DNA of 64,000 bases from Geminicoccaceae bacterium (GCA_046349395.1 JAXMCK010000004.1:748173-812172), one strand, 5' to 3'. Positions 10,108 to 19,983 are shown, counted from the stretch's first letter. Made by a program: numbers and translations. Notes: a model not told the origin generated them from the letters alone.

Positions 10108-11319
10108 TCAGGCGGCGGCCGCCGGCTGCAGATCCGCCAGGACGGCACGGAACTTGTCGACCGCCTCGGCGATCTGCGCCGGCTCGTGCGCGGCCGAGAC
10201 GCTGCAGCGCAGGAGCGAGGCACTGTTCGGCGTGCCGGGCGGCAGCGCCAGATTCACGTAGATTCCTCGCTGCAGCAGCATGTGCCACGCGGCAACGGCC
10301 GTGTTCTCGTCGGGCATCCGCACCGCCACGATCGGCCCCGGCGGTGCGCCGAGTTCCAGGCCCAGCGAGCCCAGGCCCTCGTGGAGCAGGCGCCCGTTCG
10401 CCTGGACCCGGCGCGTCAGATCGGGTGTCGCCTCGATCGTCGACAGCGTGGCCAGCACGGAGGCGACCCCGGCGGGGCTCGGCGAGGCCGTGAACATGTA
10501 GGGCCGGCTGCACACGCGCAGCAGGTCGAAGCCCGGATGGTCGGACGCGGCGAACCCGCCGATCGCCCCAAGGCTCTTGCTGAAGGTGCCGACCACGAAA
10601 TCGACCTCGGCCTCGACCCCCTGCGCCTCGGCGAGGCCGCGGCCGTGCTCGCCGTAGCAGCCGAAGGAGTGCGCCTCGTCGACCAGCAGCCACGCCCCGT
10701 GTTTCTGCTTCACCTCGACGAACTCGGGCAGCGGGGCGGTGTCGCCCAGCATGCTATAGAGGCCCTCGACGATGACGAGGCAGCAGTCGAACTCGCCCTT
10801 CATCCGGGCGAGACGGCGGTCGAGGTCGGCCGGATCGTTGTGCCTGAACCGGACGACCGTAGCCCCGCTCAGCCGGCAGCCGTCATAGATGCTGGCATGC
10901 GAGTCGGCATCGAGCAGGATCAGGTCCTTGGCCCCGGCGAGCCCGGCGATGGTGCCCAGATTGGCCTGGTAGCCGGTCGAAAAGACGATGGCAGAGCGGC
11001 GATGCAGGTGACGCTCGAACGCCTTCTCCAGGTCGCGATGCAGGCCGTAGGTGCCGTTCGCGATGCGCGAGCCCGTGGTGCCGGTGCCGAAATCGTGCAG
11101 GGCGCGAGTGGCGGCGTCGATGGCACCCTGGTCGAAGGTCAGACCCAGATAGTTGTTGGTGCCGAGCAGGATCGTGTGCCGGCCGCCGATCAGCGCCTCC
11201 GTCGGCGAGATCAGCTTCTCCATCTCGACGCCGAAGGGATTGATGCCGGCACCGAGCACCGTCTGCCGACGCTGGGCGATGGCTGAATACTTGTCGAAAA
11301 TGTCCATCGTTCGGCTCAC
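10108..11319 (-). CDS. spt: Serine palmitoyltransferase (alpha-oxoamine synthase family)
   Basis: PLP-dependent AOS family: NNYLGL, STGYQANLG, DEAHS, and the TFSKSLG lysine motif. It lies directly downstream of a dedicated ACP with a 4-nt overlap. Confidence 0.85.
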   Translation of the reverse strand: MSRTMDIFDKYSAIAQRRQTVLGAGINPFGVEMEKLISPTEALIGGRHTILLGTNNYLGLTFDQGAIDAATRALHDFGTGTTGSRIANGTYGLHRDLEKAFERHLHRRSAIVFSTGYQANLGTIAGLAGAKDLILLDADSHASIYDGCRLSGATVVRFRHNDPADLDRRLARMKGEFDCCLVIVEGLYSMLGDTAPLPEFVEVKQKHGAWLLVDEAHSFGCYGEHGRGLAEAQGVEAEVDFVVGTFSKSLGAIGGFAASDHPGFDLLRVCSRPYMFTASPSPAGVASVLATLSTIEATPDLTRRVQANGRLLHEGLGSLGLELGAPPGPIVAVRMPDENTAVAAWHMLLQRGIYVNLALPPGTPNSASLLRCSVSAAHEPAQIAEAVDKFRAVLADLQPAAAA

Positions 11320-11567
11320 TTCGTCGAGACGCGCTCGGCAACGACGGCGGCAAGATCGCCTATCGTCAGGATTTCGCTGACACGGTTCAATGGAATATCG
11401 ATCTCGAACCTGTCTTCGACCTCCATAATGATGTCCATGGCGGCCGTCGAATCGATGCCGAGATCGTCGGTGAAATGCGTGCCGGCTTCGAGCGGCCGGT
11501 CGCTCCGATTGTAGCGCCCGACGATCTCGCGCACACCGTCCAGCACCGATTGCGCCTGCCCGGCCAT
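11316..11567 (-). CDS. Acyl carrier protein
   Basis: 83 aa with the phosphopantetheine attachment motif DLGIDSTAAMD. Confidence 0.8.
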   Translation of the reverse strand: MAGQAQSVLDGVREIVGRYNRSDRPLEAGTHFTDDLGIDSTAAMDIIMEVEDRFEIDIPLNRVSEILTIGDLAAVVAERVSTK

Positions 11568-11590
11568 CTACGCCGCTCCCTTACGGCCGC

Positions 11591-12535
11591 TCAGCCGCGG
11601 ATCCACCCGGCCGAGCGATACCATTCGAGCGTGGCGGGAAAGCCGTCCGCGAACGTCGTCCAGGCCCTCCACCCCTCGATCGCCCCACCTCGGGCGATCC
11701 AGTCGGGATGGAACAGCTCGGCCAGCTTGCCGCGATTGATGAGGGAACTCCGTCCCGCCACTCTGCTGCCCGCTTCTATCACGGTAGCGGCGGCATCGGC
11801 GAGCACCCGTGAGAGCGGCAACACGCGTACCCGGCGCTGCAGGCTGTCCGCCGCGATGGTGGCGAGGTCGCGCCAGCCATAGCCGCCGGGCCGCCCGTCG
11901 TCGGGCTCGATGGGCGCTTCCGGCATCTCCTTGAAGCTCAGGAGGCCGACCATGAGCTGCGCCAGATCGTCGACGAAGATGAGGGAGAAGCGCGCCTCGG
12001 GGCTCGACGGTGCCACGAGGAAGCCGTGCGCCAGTTGCCGGAACATGGGCAGCGTGGCGCGGTCGCCGGGTCCGTAGACCGCGGGCGGCCGGACGATCGC
12101 CACGTCGAGTCCGGGCCGCAGCGAAGCAACGAGCGCTTCCGCCGCAGCCTTGCTGGAGGCGTAGGGCGACAGCGCCGGGGTGCGAGCGGCGAGCGACGAG
12201 ACGAGGACGAAGCGGCTGATGCCGGCATCCATGGCCGCGGCTGCGACCCGCCGGGTCCCCGCGACGTTGATCGACTCGAACCGGGCGGCATTCGGGGCCA
12301 GCACGGCGCCGGCGGCGTGAATGATGCCGCAGGTCCCGGCGACGAGGCGCTTCAGCGCGTCGACGTCGTCGAGATCGCCCTGGACCTGCGCGACGTCCGC
12401 GGCGGCCAGAGCCTTGTCCTGACGCCGGACGAGTGCCCGCACCCGGTAGCCCGATGCCTGCAGGGCAGGAACGAGGCGGCGCCCGATGAAGCCCGTGGCT
12501 CCGGTGAGCGCCACGACACCGGAGTGCGGCGGCAT
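11591..12535 (-). CDS. NAD(P)-dependent epimerase/dehydratase-family reductase (candidate ceramide/3-ketosphinganine reductase by context)
   Basis: Rossmann motif TGATGFIGRRL. It lies between the acyl-AMP ligase and the ACP in the spt operon. Confidence 0.7.
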   Translation of the reverse strand: MPPHSGVVALTGATGFIGRRLVPALQASGYRVRALVRRQDKALAAADVAQVQGDLDDVDALKRLVAGTCGIIHAAGAVLAPNAARFESINVAGTRRVAAAAMDAGISRFVLVSSLAARTPALSPYASSKAAAEALVASLRPGLDVAIVRPPAVYGPGDRATLPMFRQLAHGFLVAPSSPEARFSLIFVDDLAQLMVGLLSFKEMPEAPIEPDDGRPGGYGWRDLATIAADSLQRRVRVLPLSRVLADAAATVIEAGSRVAGRSSLINRGKLAELFHPDWIARGGAIEGWRAWTTFADGFPATLEWYRSAGWIRG

Positions 12536-12548
12536 CGGTGCGTTCCGG

Positions 12549-14276
12549 TCAGGAAGGGGCGGCGGAGAGCTGCGGCGGCACCGCAGGAACGAGGTCGACC
12601 GGGCCGTGATCGAGGTCAGTGATGCGGCCGGCCAGCAGCGCGTCGCGCACCGCCGAGCGGCTGAGCTTGCCCGAGGTCGTGTAAGCGAGGCTGCGCGGGG
12701 CGGCGAGGATCACCTCGCAGTCCACACCCGAGCTGCGCCGCACCTGGCCCGCGACCTCGCGGCGCAGCAGGTCGCGGTCGGTCGCGTCCTGGCGGCGGCA
12801 CTCGACCACCAGCATGACCCGCTCCGCACCCTCCTCGTCGGGCACGGCGAAGGCGGCGGTGTCGCCGACGCGCACACCCTCGACCTGCTCGGCCGCCCAT
12901 TCGAGGTCCTGCGGCCAGATGTTGCGGCCACCGACAATGATGAGGTCCTTGTAACGGCCGGTGACAACGAGCTCGCCGCCGATCATGTAGCCGAGATCGC
13001 CCGTGTCGAGCCAACCTTCGCGGACCAGCGGTGCGCGGCTCAGATGCGGGAAGCGGAAATAGCCGTTCATCAGGCTCGGGCCGCGGACGAAGATCCGCCC
13101 CACCGAGCGGTCGTCCATCGGCTCCCCGTCGCCCGAGCGGATCTCGATCTCGTAGCCCGGCAGCGGCTTGCCGCAGAGCGTGAAGCCGGCACTGCCCGGC
13201 GCTTCCATGTCGCTGCGGATGCCGCGGCCGAGCGGGCTCATGGTCACCGCCAGCGTCGCCTCGGCGAGGCCGTAGCTCGGCAGGAAGGCGCCGGAGCTGA
13301 AGCCGACCGGCGCGAAGCGCTCGGCGAAGCTCGCCAGCACCTGCGGGCGGATCATCTCGGCACCGATTCCGGCGACGCGCCAGCGGCTGAGGTCGAGATC
13401 GGGAAGTGCCGTCTCGCCGGCGCGGCGCGCGCAAAGCGAATAGCCGAAGGTCGGCGAGAAGGAGATGGTACCGCCCTGCTCGGAGAGCATCCGCAGCCAG
13501 ACCAGCGGGCGGCGCGCGAAGCTCGCGGTGGCGAGGTAGTCGACCGAGAGTTGGGCCAGCATCGGGGTGATGCAGCAGCCGACGAGGCCCATGTCGTGGT
13601 ACAGCGGCAGCCATGTCGTGCAGCGATCGCCCGGGCGCAAGGCGACGCCGTCGCGCCCGATCGCCGTCGCGTTGGCGAGCACCGCCTGCTGGCTGACGAG
13701 GACACCGCGCGGCAGGCTGGTGCTGCCGGACGAATACTGGATGTAGCAGGGCTCGTGCGCCTGTAGCGGGCGCAGGGCGCCGTCGCCGGCCGCCATCGCC
13801 ATGAAGTCGTCGAGGGTGCCGACGAGGCCGATGCCGACGCGCGCGGCGGCCAAGGTCACGCTGTCGCGCAGGTCGGCCGGGCCGATCGCGGCACACGCAC
13901 CGGCGGCTTCCAGCATGCCGGCGAGCCGCGCCTCGTACGCCTCGCGGCCGCCGAAGTTCACGCAGAGCGGCAGCGGGACGGGCAGCAGGCCGGCATACTG
14001 GCAGCCGAAGAAGGCGACCATGAAGTCCGGGCCGGTCTCGGCGATGATCCCCACGCGCTCGCCGCGACCTAGCCGCGCGCCGACGAGGCGTACCGCCAGA
14101 TCCTGGGCGCGCTGGCGCAATTCGGCGTAGGGCAGCACCGTCTCGACGCTGCCTCGGGCACCGAAGAAATTGAAGCCCGTCTCGCCCTGCGCTGCGTAGT
14201 CGAGGCCGTCGACCAGCGTCGCTGCGCCACCCATCCGAAAGGGCAGTGCTGTATTGAAGGTTGGCGTTCCCGACAT
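12549..14276 (-). CDS. Fatty acyl-AMP ligase / acyl-ACP synthetase-type adenylating enzyme
   Basis: AMP-binding motifs YIQYSSGSTSLPRGV, GYGLAE and TGDLGY. It is the first gene of the minus-strand spt operon. Confidence 0.85.
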   Translation of the reverse strand: MSGTPTFNTALPFRMGGAATLVDGLDYAAQGETGFNFFGARGSVETVLPYAELRQRAQDLAVRLVGARLGRGERVGIIAETGPDFMVAFFGCQYAGLLPVPLPLCVNFGGREAYEARLAGMLEAAGACAAIGPADLRDSVTLAAARVGIGLVGTLDDFMAMAAGDGALRPLQAHEPCYIQYSSGSTSLPRGVLVSQQAVLANATAIGRDGVALRPGDRCTTWLPLYHDMGLVGCCITPMLAQLSVDYLATASFARRPLVWLRMLSEQGGTISFSPTFGYSLCARRAGETALPDLDLSRWRVAGIGAEMIRPQVLASFAERFAPVGFSSGAFLPSYGLAEATLAVTMSPLGRGIRSDMEAPGSAGFTLCGKPLPGYEIEIRSGDGEPMDDRSVGRIFVRGPSLMNGYFRFPHLSRAPLVREGWLDTGDLGYMIGGELVVTGRYKDLIIVGGRNIWPQDLEWAAEQVEGVRVGDTAAFAVPDEEGAERVMLVVECRRQDATDRDLLRREVAGQVRRSSGVDCEVILAAPRSLAYTTSGKLSRSAVRDALLAGRITDLDHGPVDLVPAVPPQLSAAPS

Positions 14277-14575
14277 TCTCAGGTCATCAACTCGTTACGC
14301 AGCTGTCACCTCTCCGGCCGGAACCTAGAAAGCGAAAGCTGACTCGACCACTCACGATTCGTTGCAGATTGTTGCAAGAAGCCGCTTTAAGTGTCTGAAA
14401 AGACACGAATTAGAGCTTCGCACAATTCTCTTGCTGCAACGCAGCATCTAGATGGGATGCGGTCCATGCATCATCAAGTCGCGTCTGCTGCTTCCATGTA
14501 GCAAACGGACCGGCTAGTCAGGCCCAGGAGCATCCGCCGCGAAATGGCGGTGCCGAATCAGGGGGCTGATACGGG
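14277..14575. promoter_or_regulatory. Low-GC divergent intergenic region between the spt operon and the sugar ABC operon, with two perfect small palindromes
   Basis: GTGTCT-GAAA-AGACAC at 14391-14406 and TGCTGC-AAC-GCAGCA at 14432-14446. There is also a repeated TTGCA(G/A) at 14361-14376. No function has been demonstrated. Confidence 0.3.
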
Positions 14576-15712
14576 ATGGTACGCAGGCATCTGATGACTG
14601 CCGTTGCGGTCGCCGCACTCATGGTGTCGGCGGCGCGGGTCGAAGCGAAGCCGGACGTGGTGGCCGGACCGGGCTACCTGCCCGAATGCTTCAAGCCGTG
14701 GACGGCCGACACCAAGTTCTTCCAGTGGCCGAAGAAGGAAGGTCCGTACCGGATCGCGCTGGTGAACGGCTTCGTCGGGAACACCTGGCGCATCCAGATG
14801 ATCCAGACGGCGAAGGCCTTCGTCGAGCAGCCGGGCATCAAGGACAAGATCAAGGAATTCAAGGTCATCTCGACCGGCACCGATGCCGCCGCCCAGTTGG
14901 GCGCCATTGAGGATTTCATCAACCAGGGCTTCGACGCGATCGTGACCATCGCGGTGAGCCCCGAGGGCTTCGACCGCGTGATCCGCCTCGCGGACCGTAA
15001 CAACGTCGTGATCGTGCCCTTCGACAACATCCTCGATACCGATGCCGTGATGATGGTCAACGAGGACCAGCATCAGATGGGCGTCATGTCGGCCGAGTTC
15101 CTGCTGAAGGAACTGGGCGACAAGCGGACCGGCAAGGTCCTGGAAGTCCGCGGCGTGCCGGGCAACTCGGTCGACCGCGATCGCCACGTCGGCTTCCACG
15201 AGGTGATGGCGAAGGAAGCCCCGAACCTCGAGATCGTCGAGATCGTCGGCAACTGGGACGACGCGACCTCGCAGAAGGCCGCCGCCGACGCTTTGGCGGT
15301 CCATGGCCAGTTCGTGGCGGCGTTCACCCAGGGCGGCTCGACCGGCCTCGTCCGTGCGCTCATGGACGCCAACCACCCCTGGATCCCGATCGCCGGCGAG
15401 TCCGAGAACGGATTCCGCAAGCTGATCGCCGAGCACGCCAAGGACGGGCTGAAGGGCCTCAGCTACGGCCAGTCCCCGGGCCTCGTCGCGATCTCGATCA
15501 AGGCGGCGCTCTCCGCCCTCGACGGCCAGGTCATGCCGCAGCTGATCTCGGTCCCGCTGCCGTCCGACGACTACACCACGCTGCAGGACGGCAAGAACTT
15601 CTGGTCGAACCTCACCGACAACTTCTTCACGGTGAACGAATTCCCACCCTGTGACGTCAACATCACGGCGGTGGAGATCATGGCGAAGACCTCCGAGGAC
15701 GTCGCCAACTGA
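14576..15712 (+). CDS. Sugar ABC transporter periplasmic substrate-binding protein (type I PBP)
   Basis: Signal peptide followed by the ribose/autoinducer-2-like PBP pattern (IALVNGFVGNTWR, GFDAIV, VVIVPFDN). Confidence 0.85.
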   Translation: MVRRHLMTAVAVAALMVSAARVEAKPDVVAGPGYLPECFKPWTADTKFFQWPKKEGPYRIALVNGFVGNTWRIQMIQTAKAFVEQPGIKDKIKEFKVISTGTDAAAQLGAIEDFINQGFDAIVTIAVSPEGFDRVIRLADRNNVVIVPFDNILDTDAVMMVNEDQHQMGVMSAEFLLKELGDKRTGKVLEVRGVPGNSVDRDRHVGFHEVMAKEAPNLEIVEIVGNWDDATSQKAAADALAVHGQFVAAFTQGGSTGLVRALMDANHPWIPIAGESENGFRKLIAEHAKDGLKGLSYGQSPGLVAISIKAALSALDGQVMPQLISVPLPSDDYTTLQDGKNFWSNLTDNFFTVNEFPPCDVNITAVEIMAKTSEDVAN

Positions 15713-15723
15713 CCGTCCGGGAC

Positions 15724-17250
15724 GTGGGCGTGCCGCAAGGCACGCCCTTCCTGGCCCTCCACGCGATCGGCAAGCGCTACGGGGGTGTCCGTGCCCTGGA
15801 AGAGGTGGACTTCACCTGCAACCGGGGCTCGATCCATGCGATTCTGGGCGAGAACGGCGCCGGCAAGTCCACACTGATCAAGATCATCGCCGGCGTGGTG
15901 CAGCCCGATACCGGGCAAATCCGTATCGACGGTGCCGAGACCCATTTCCGGGGACCGGGGGACGCCGCCGGGCGCGGCATCGTCTCGGTGTTCCAGGAAC
16001 TGTCGCTCGTTCCGGATCTCTCGGTCGCGGACAACATCTCGCTCGCCGACCCGCCGCGCCGGCTCGGGCTCATCGACGGCCGCGCCCAGCGCAAGCGGGC
16101 CGAGGAACTCCTGGCCCGCCTGGGGTGCACCGACCTCGACCCGGCGACACGGGTCAAGGACCTGCCGCTCTCACGCCGCCAGCTGGTCGAGATCGCGAAG
16201 GCGCTGGCCCGCAACCCGCGCCTTTTGATCCTCGACGAGGCGACCTCGGCGCTGACCGCCGCCGACGTCGAGCGCGTCTACGGGTTGCTGAAGGAGTTGC
16301 GCCGGCAGGGTCTCGCCATCCTCTACATCTCGCACCGCATGCACGAGATCGAGGCCCTGGCCGACCGCTGCTCCGTGTTCCGCAACGGGCGGCATGTCGA
16401 GACCTTCGACAAGGGGACCCGCTCCGACCAGGACATCGTCCGGCTGATGATCGGCCGCGAGATCACCCAGGTCTACCCGGCGAAGCCGCAGACCGGGAGG
16501 ACCGGGGCCCCGCTCCTCGAAGTTGAGGGGCTCGGCTGGGGCGAGCGGCTGAGGGATCTCTCCTTCAAGATCGAACCCGGGGAGATCCTGGGTCTCGGCG
16601 GCCTCGACGGCCAGGGCCAGCGCGAGCTGCTGCTGGCGCTGTTCGGCGTGCTGCGCGGGATCGACGGCAATGTCCGCATCGGCGGCGAGCCAGCCGCCCT
16701 CACCGGGCCCAATGCAGCCCGCGCCCAGGGCATGGCGCTGGTACCGGAGGACCGGAAGACCGAGGGCCTCCTGCTGCCGATGTCGATCGCCGACAATCTG
16801 AGCCTCGCCGCTCTCTCCGGCGTGAGCCCGCTCGGCGTTGTCGACCGCGGCAAGGAGGCGGCCGGCATCCGGTCCATGATCGAGCGGCTCCGGATCAAGA
16901 TCGGCAACGCGTCGGATGCCGTCGCTACCCTGTCGGGCGGCAACCAGCAGAAGGTCGTCATTGGCAAGTGGCTGCTGATCGGCCCGCGGGTCATCCTGCT
17001 GAACGATCCCACCCGCGGTATCGACGTCGGCACCAAGCAGGAACTCTACCACCTGCTGCGCGAGCTGGCGGACGCTGGTGCGGCGATCCTCTTCTACACC
17101 ACCGACTATGACGAGCTGATCGGCTGCTGCGATCGGGTCCTCATTCTCTATGACGGCCGGATCGCCCGTACCCTGGAAGGTGCGGCCATCGACGAGGAGA
17201 CCATCGTGGCGAGCTCGCTGAACCTGCCCGCCGCGGGAGCTGCGGCATGA
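15724..17250 (+). CDS. Sugar ABC transporter ATP-binding protein (duplicated ABC domains)
   Basis: Walker A GENGAGKST, signature LSRRQ and LSGGNQQK, Walker B LILDEA and ILLNDP. GTG start. Confidence 0.9.
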   Translation: MGVPQGTPFLALHAIGKRYGGVRALEEVDFTCNRGSIHAILGENGAGKSTLIKIIAGVVQPDTGQIRIDGAETHFRGPGDAAGRGIVSVFQELSLVPDLSVADNISLADPPRRLGLIDGRAQRKRAEELLARLGCTDLDPATRVKDLPLSRRQLVEIAKALARNPRLLILDEATSALTAADVERVYGLLKELRRQGLAILYISHRMHEIEALADRCSVFRNGRHVETFDKGTRSDQDIVRLMIGREITQVYPAKPQTGRTGAPLLEVEGLGWGERLRDLSFKIEPGEILGLGGLDGQGQRELLLALFGVLRGIDGNVRIGGEPAALTGPNAARAQGMALVPEDRKTEGLLLPMSIADNLSLAALSGVSPLGVVDRGKEAAGIRSMIERLRIKIGNASDAVATLSGGNQQKVVIGKWLLIGPRVILLNDPTRGIDVGTKQELYHLLRELADAGAAILFYTTDYDELIGCCDRVLILYDGRIARTLEGAAIDEETIVASSLNLPAAGAAA

Positions 17251-18287
17251 GCGGCTGGCGCGCCATGTTCGGCCGCAGCCAGGGGCTCCTCGTCGCCATC
17301 CTGCTCTTCATCCTCTTCTACGGGGTCTACAACGCCAACCACCCGAAGGGCTTCACGGGCTCGGTCCTGGTGCAGAACGCCAACGAATCGCTGGCGCTGA
17401 TCATGGCCGCCATGGCGCAGACCGTGCCGGTCCTGGCGGGCGGCCTCGACCTCTCGGTCGGTGCGATCATCACGCTCGTGAACTGCCTCGCCAGCCACCT
17501 GATCACGGGCGGCCCCGCTTCCGTCGTCGGCGGCATCGTCGTCTGCCTGGTCGCCGGGCTCCTCGCCGGCTTCGTCAACGGCTGCATCGTCGTCTATGGC
17601 CGGCTGCAGCCGATCGTGGCCACCCTGGCGAGCGGTGCGGTCTATATCGGCCTCGCCCTGTTCCTGCGCCCGACACCCGGCGGCGAGATCGACCAGGATC
17701 TCGCCTGGGCGCTGACCAACGATCTCTACGAGATGGCGGCGACCTTCGGCCTGTTCGACAATGGCGACGCGGCCTGGTTCCAGCCCATCGCCTGGATCCC
17801 CGTCCCGCTCATCATCCTGGTCGCCGTCCTGCTGTTGGTCTGGCTGCCGTTCAAGCGCACCGTGACCGGCCGCTCGGTCTACGCCGTCGGCTCCAGTGAG
17901 CAGGCGGCCTACATGTCCGGCCTCGCCGTCGACCGCGCCAAGCTCGCCGCCTTCACGCTAGGCGGCTTCTTCGCAGGTGTGGGTGGTGTCTACCTCGCCC
18001 TGCAGACTTCCTCGGGCAATGCCGACCTGCCGCAGGCCGCGGCCTACACGCTGAACTCGATCGCGGCCGTCGTCATCGGCGGTACGTCGCTCATGGGCGG
18101 CAGCGGCGGTGCCTTCGCCTCGGCGATCGGTGCGCTCGTCATCCGCGCCATCTCGTTCAACTTCCGGATCTTCGACGTGGCACCCTTGCTGCAACCGCTG
18201 ATCGAAGGCCTCGTCCTTCTCGCCGCGGTCTCGCTCGGGGCCAGCCGCGTCTTCCGCGTGCGCAACCGTCTGGAGCTTCTGGGATGA
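17247..18287 (+). CDS. Sugar ABC transporter permease
   Basis: BPD_transp_2-type polytopic membrane protein. The start overlaps the ATPase stop. Confidence 0.85.
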   Translation: MSGWRAMFGRSQGLLVAILLFILFYGVYNANHPKGFTGSVLVQNANESLALIMAAMAQTVPVLAGGLDLSVGAIITLVNCLASHLITGGPASVVGGIVVCLVAGLLAGFVNGCIVVYGRLQPIVATLASGAVYIGLALFLRPTPGGEIDQDLAWALTNDLYEMAATFGLFDNGDAAWFQPIAWIPVPLIILVAVLLLVWLPFKRTVTGRSVYAVGSSEQAAYMSGLAVDRAKLAAFTLGGFFAGVGGVYLALQTSSGNADLPQAAAYTLNSIAAVVIGGTSLMGGSGGAFASAIGALVIRAISFNFRIFDVAPLLQPLIEGLVLLAAVSLGASRVFRVRNRLELLG

Positions 18288-19240
18288 CGGCCCTGCCGCG
18301 CCTCGCCCCGGCCGACCGGCCGATCGTCGTCGCCTGCGTCTGCATCCTGATCATCCTGGCGCTGGGCAGCGTCTACACGATGGCGACGCAGGGAACGCTG
18401 AGCTTCCTGCGCCCCATCTACCTGCTGCAGCAGCTTCAGGTGGGTGCCTTCCTCGGCATCGTCGCCGCCGGCATGATGCTCGTCATCCTCCTCGGCCACA
18501 TCGACCTCTCGGTGCCCTGGACGCTGACCGCGTCGGCGATGATGGCGACCGCCGTCGGCGGACCGATGGCGATCCCGACCGGCCTCGCCGTCGGCCTCCT
18601 GGTCGGCCTCGTCAACGGCCTCGGTGTGGCCGTGCTCCGCGTGCCGTCGATGATCTTCACGCTCGGCGTGAACGCCGTGCTGCGCGGCCTCATGGTGCTC
18701 TACACGGGCGGCTTCGCCCCGCAGACGCACGCGACACCGCTGATGGAGACGCTGGCCGTCGGCAAGCTGTTCGGCTTCCTGCCGGCGGCTCTGCTGGTGT
18801 GGGCCGCCCTCTCGGTCGTCTTCGTCTTCATGCTGACCCGCACGACCTTCGGCCGCTACCTCTACGCCATCGGCAACCGGGAGACGGCGGCCTACCTGTC
18901 GGGCGTGCAGACCCGCTCGATCCTGATCGGCAGCTTCGTGCTGTGCGGCTTCTGCTCGGGTCTGGCGGGCCTGCTGCTCGCCGGCTATTCGAGCAAGGCC
19001 TACCAGGCGATGGGTGACGCCTACCTCCTGCCCTCGATCGCTGCCGTCGTCATCGGCGGCACGCACATCCTGGGCGGGCGCGGGCGCTATCTCGGCACGG
19101 TGGTCGGCACCATCCTGATCACGCTCCTCTCCTCGGTGCTGGCCGTGATGCAGATGCCGGAGGCCGGTCGACAGGTGATCTACGGTGTCGTGATCATCGC
19201 CATGCTGCTGGCCTACGGCCGCGAGCGGCTCAGCGCCTGA
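18284..19240 (+). CDS. Sugar ABC transporter permease
   Basis: Second BPD_transp_2-type permease with a 4-nt overlap to the previous gene. Confidence 0.85.
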   Translation: MTALPRLAPADRPIVVACVCILIILALGSVYTMATQGTLSFLRPIYLLQQLQVGAFLGIVAAGMMLVILLGHIDLSVPWTLTASAMMATAVGGPMAIPTGLAVGLLVGLVNGLGVAVLRVPSMIFTLGVNAVLRGLMVLYTGGFAPQTHATPLMETLAVGKLFGFLPAALLVWAALSVVFVFMLTRTTFGRYLYAIGNRETAAYLSGVQTRSILIGSFVLCGFCSGLAGLLLAGYSSKAYQAMGDAYLLPSIAAVVIGGTHILGGRGRYLGTVVGTILITLLSSVLAVMQMPEAGRQVIYGVVIIAMLLAYGRERLSA

Positions 19241-19976
19241 TCTCGAACTCGCGGTACTTGGTGTAGAGCCAGCGGACGAGGTCGTACTCGAACGGCGAGC
19301 CCGAGCCGTAGTAGCGGAAGCTGATGCTGCGCCGCTGGTTCACCGCGTAAAGGAAATACATGGTGGGGTGGAAGTAGACCCAGTTCGCCACGTAGGAGAA
19401 GGGCGGCAGGAAGCCCGAGACCGCGGTGTCGACGGCGAGGCCGCTGGCATCGCGCACGTTGGACGGCCCCAGCACCGGCAGGACGAGATAGGGGCCGGCA
19501 CCCACGCCGTAGCGGCCGAGCGTCTGGCCGAAATCCTCGTTCTGCTGCGGGATGCCCAGCGGTGTCGCCACGTCGAACAGGCCGGCCACGCCGATCGTCG
19601 AGTTCAGAGCGAACCTGATGGCAGCCCTGCCCGTGACCTCGGGGCGACCCTGGAACGCGCCGTTGGTGCCGTTCCTGATCTCGGTCAGGTTGGAGAAGAA
19701 GTTGCTGACGCCGGTCTTCATCGGGTCGGGCACGGCGTAGTCGTAGGCGTTGACCACGGGCAGGAAGGCGTACTTGTCGAACAGCGCGTTGAAGACGTAG
19801 ACGCGCCGGTTCATGCCCTCCCAGGGGTCGTAGACCACGAACTGGTTGTCGGCCATCATCTCCGCCGGCACCGATTGGTGCATCGGCGGTGACGTTCCGA
19901 CGAGAGGATCGGCGGCACAGCCCGAGAGTAGGCCCGCCAGGACGACGAGGGCTGGGAGGCGGAAGCGGCGCATCAT
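19230..19976 (-). CDS. mlaA: MlaA/VacJ family outer-membrane lipoprotein
   Basis: Lipobox LLSGC, then DPWEGMNRRVYVFN...NFFSNL...GVAGLFDVAT...DFGQTLG..GVG.GPYLVLPVLGPSNVRD. Confidence 0.85.
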   Translation of the reverse strand: MMRRFRLPALVVLAGLLSGCAADPLVGTSPPMHQSVPAEMMADNQFVVYDPWEGMNRRVYVFNALFDKYAFLPVVNAYDYAVPDPMKTGVSNFFSNLTEIRNGTNGAFQGRPEVTGRAAIRFALNSTIGVAGLFDVATPLGIPQQNEDFGQTLGRYGVGAGPYLVLPVLGPSNVRDASGLAVDTAVSGFLPPFSYVANWVYFHPTMYFLYAVNQRRSISFRYYGSGSPFEYDLVRWLYTKYREFEIRR

Positions 19977-19983
19977 CGTGCCG

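Noticed and set aside
12486-13896. Two 426-aa ORFs (12486..13766 plus strand, 12616..13896 minus strand)
   Set aside because: Both overlap the acyl-AMP ligase gene in other frames or on the other strand, and only the 12549..14276 frame carries AMP-binding motifs.
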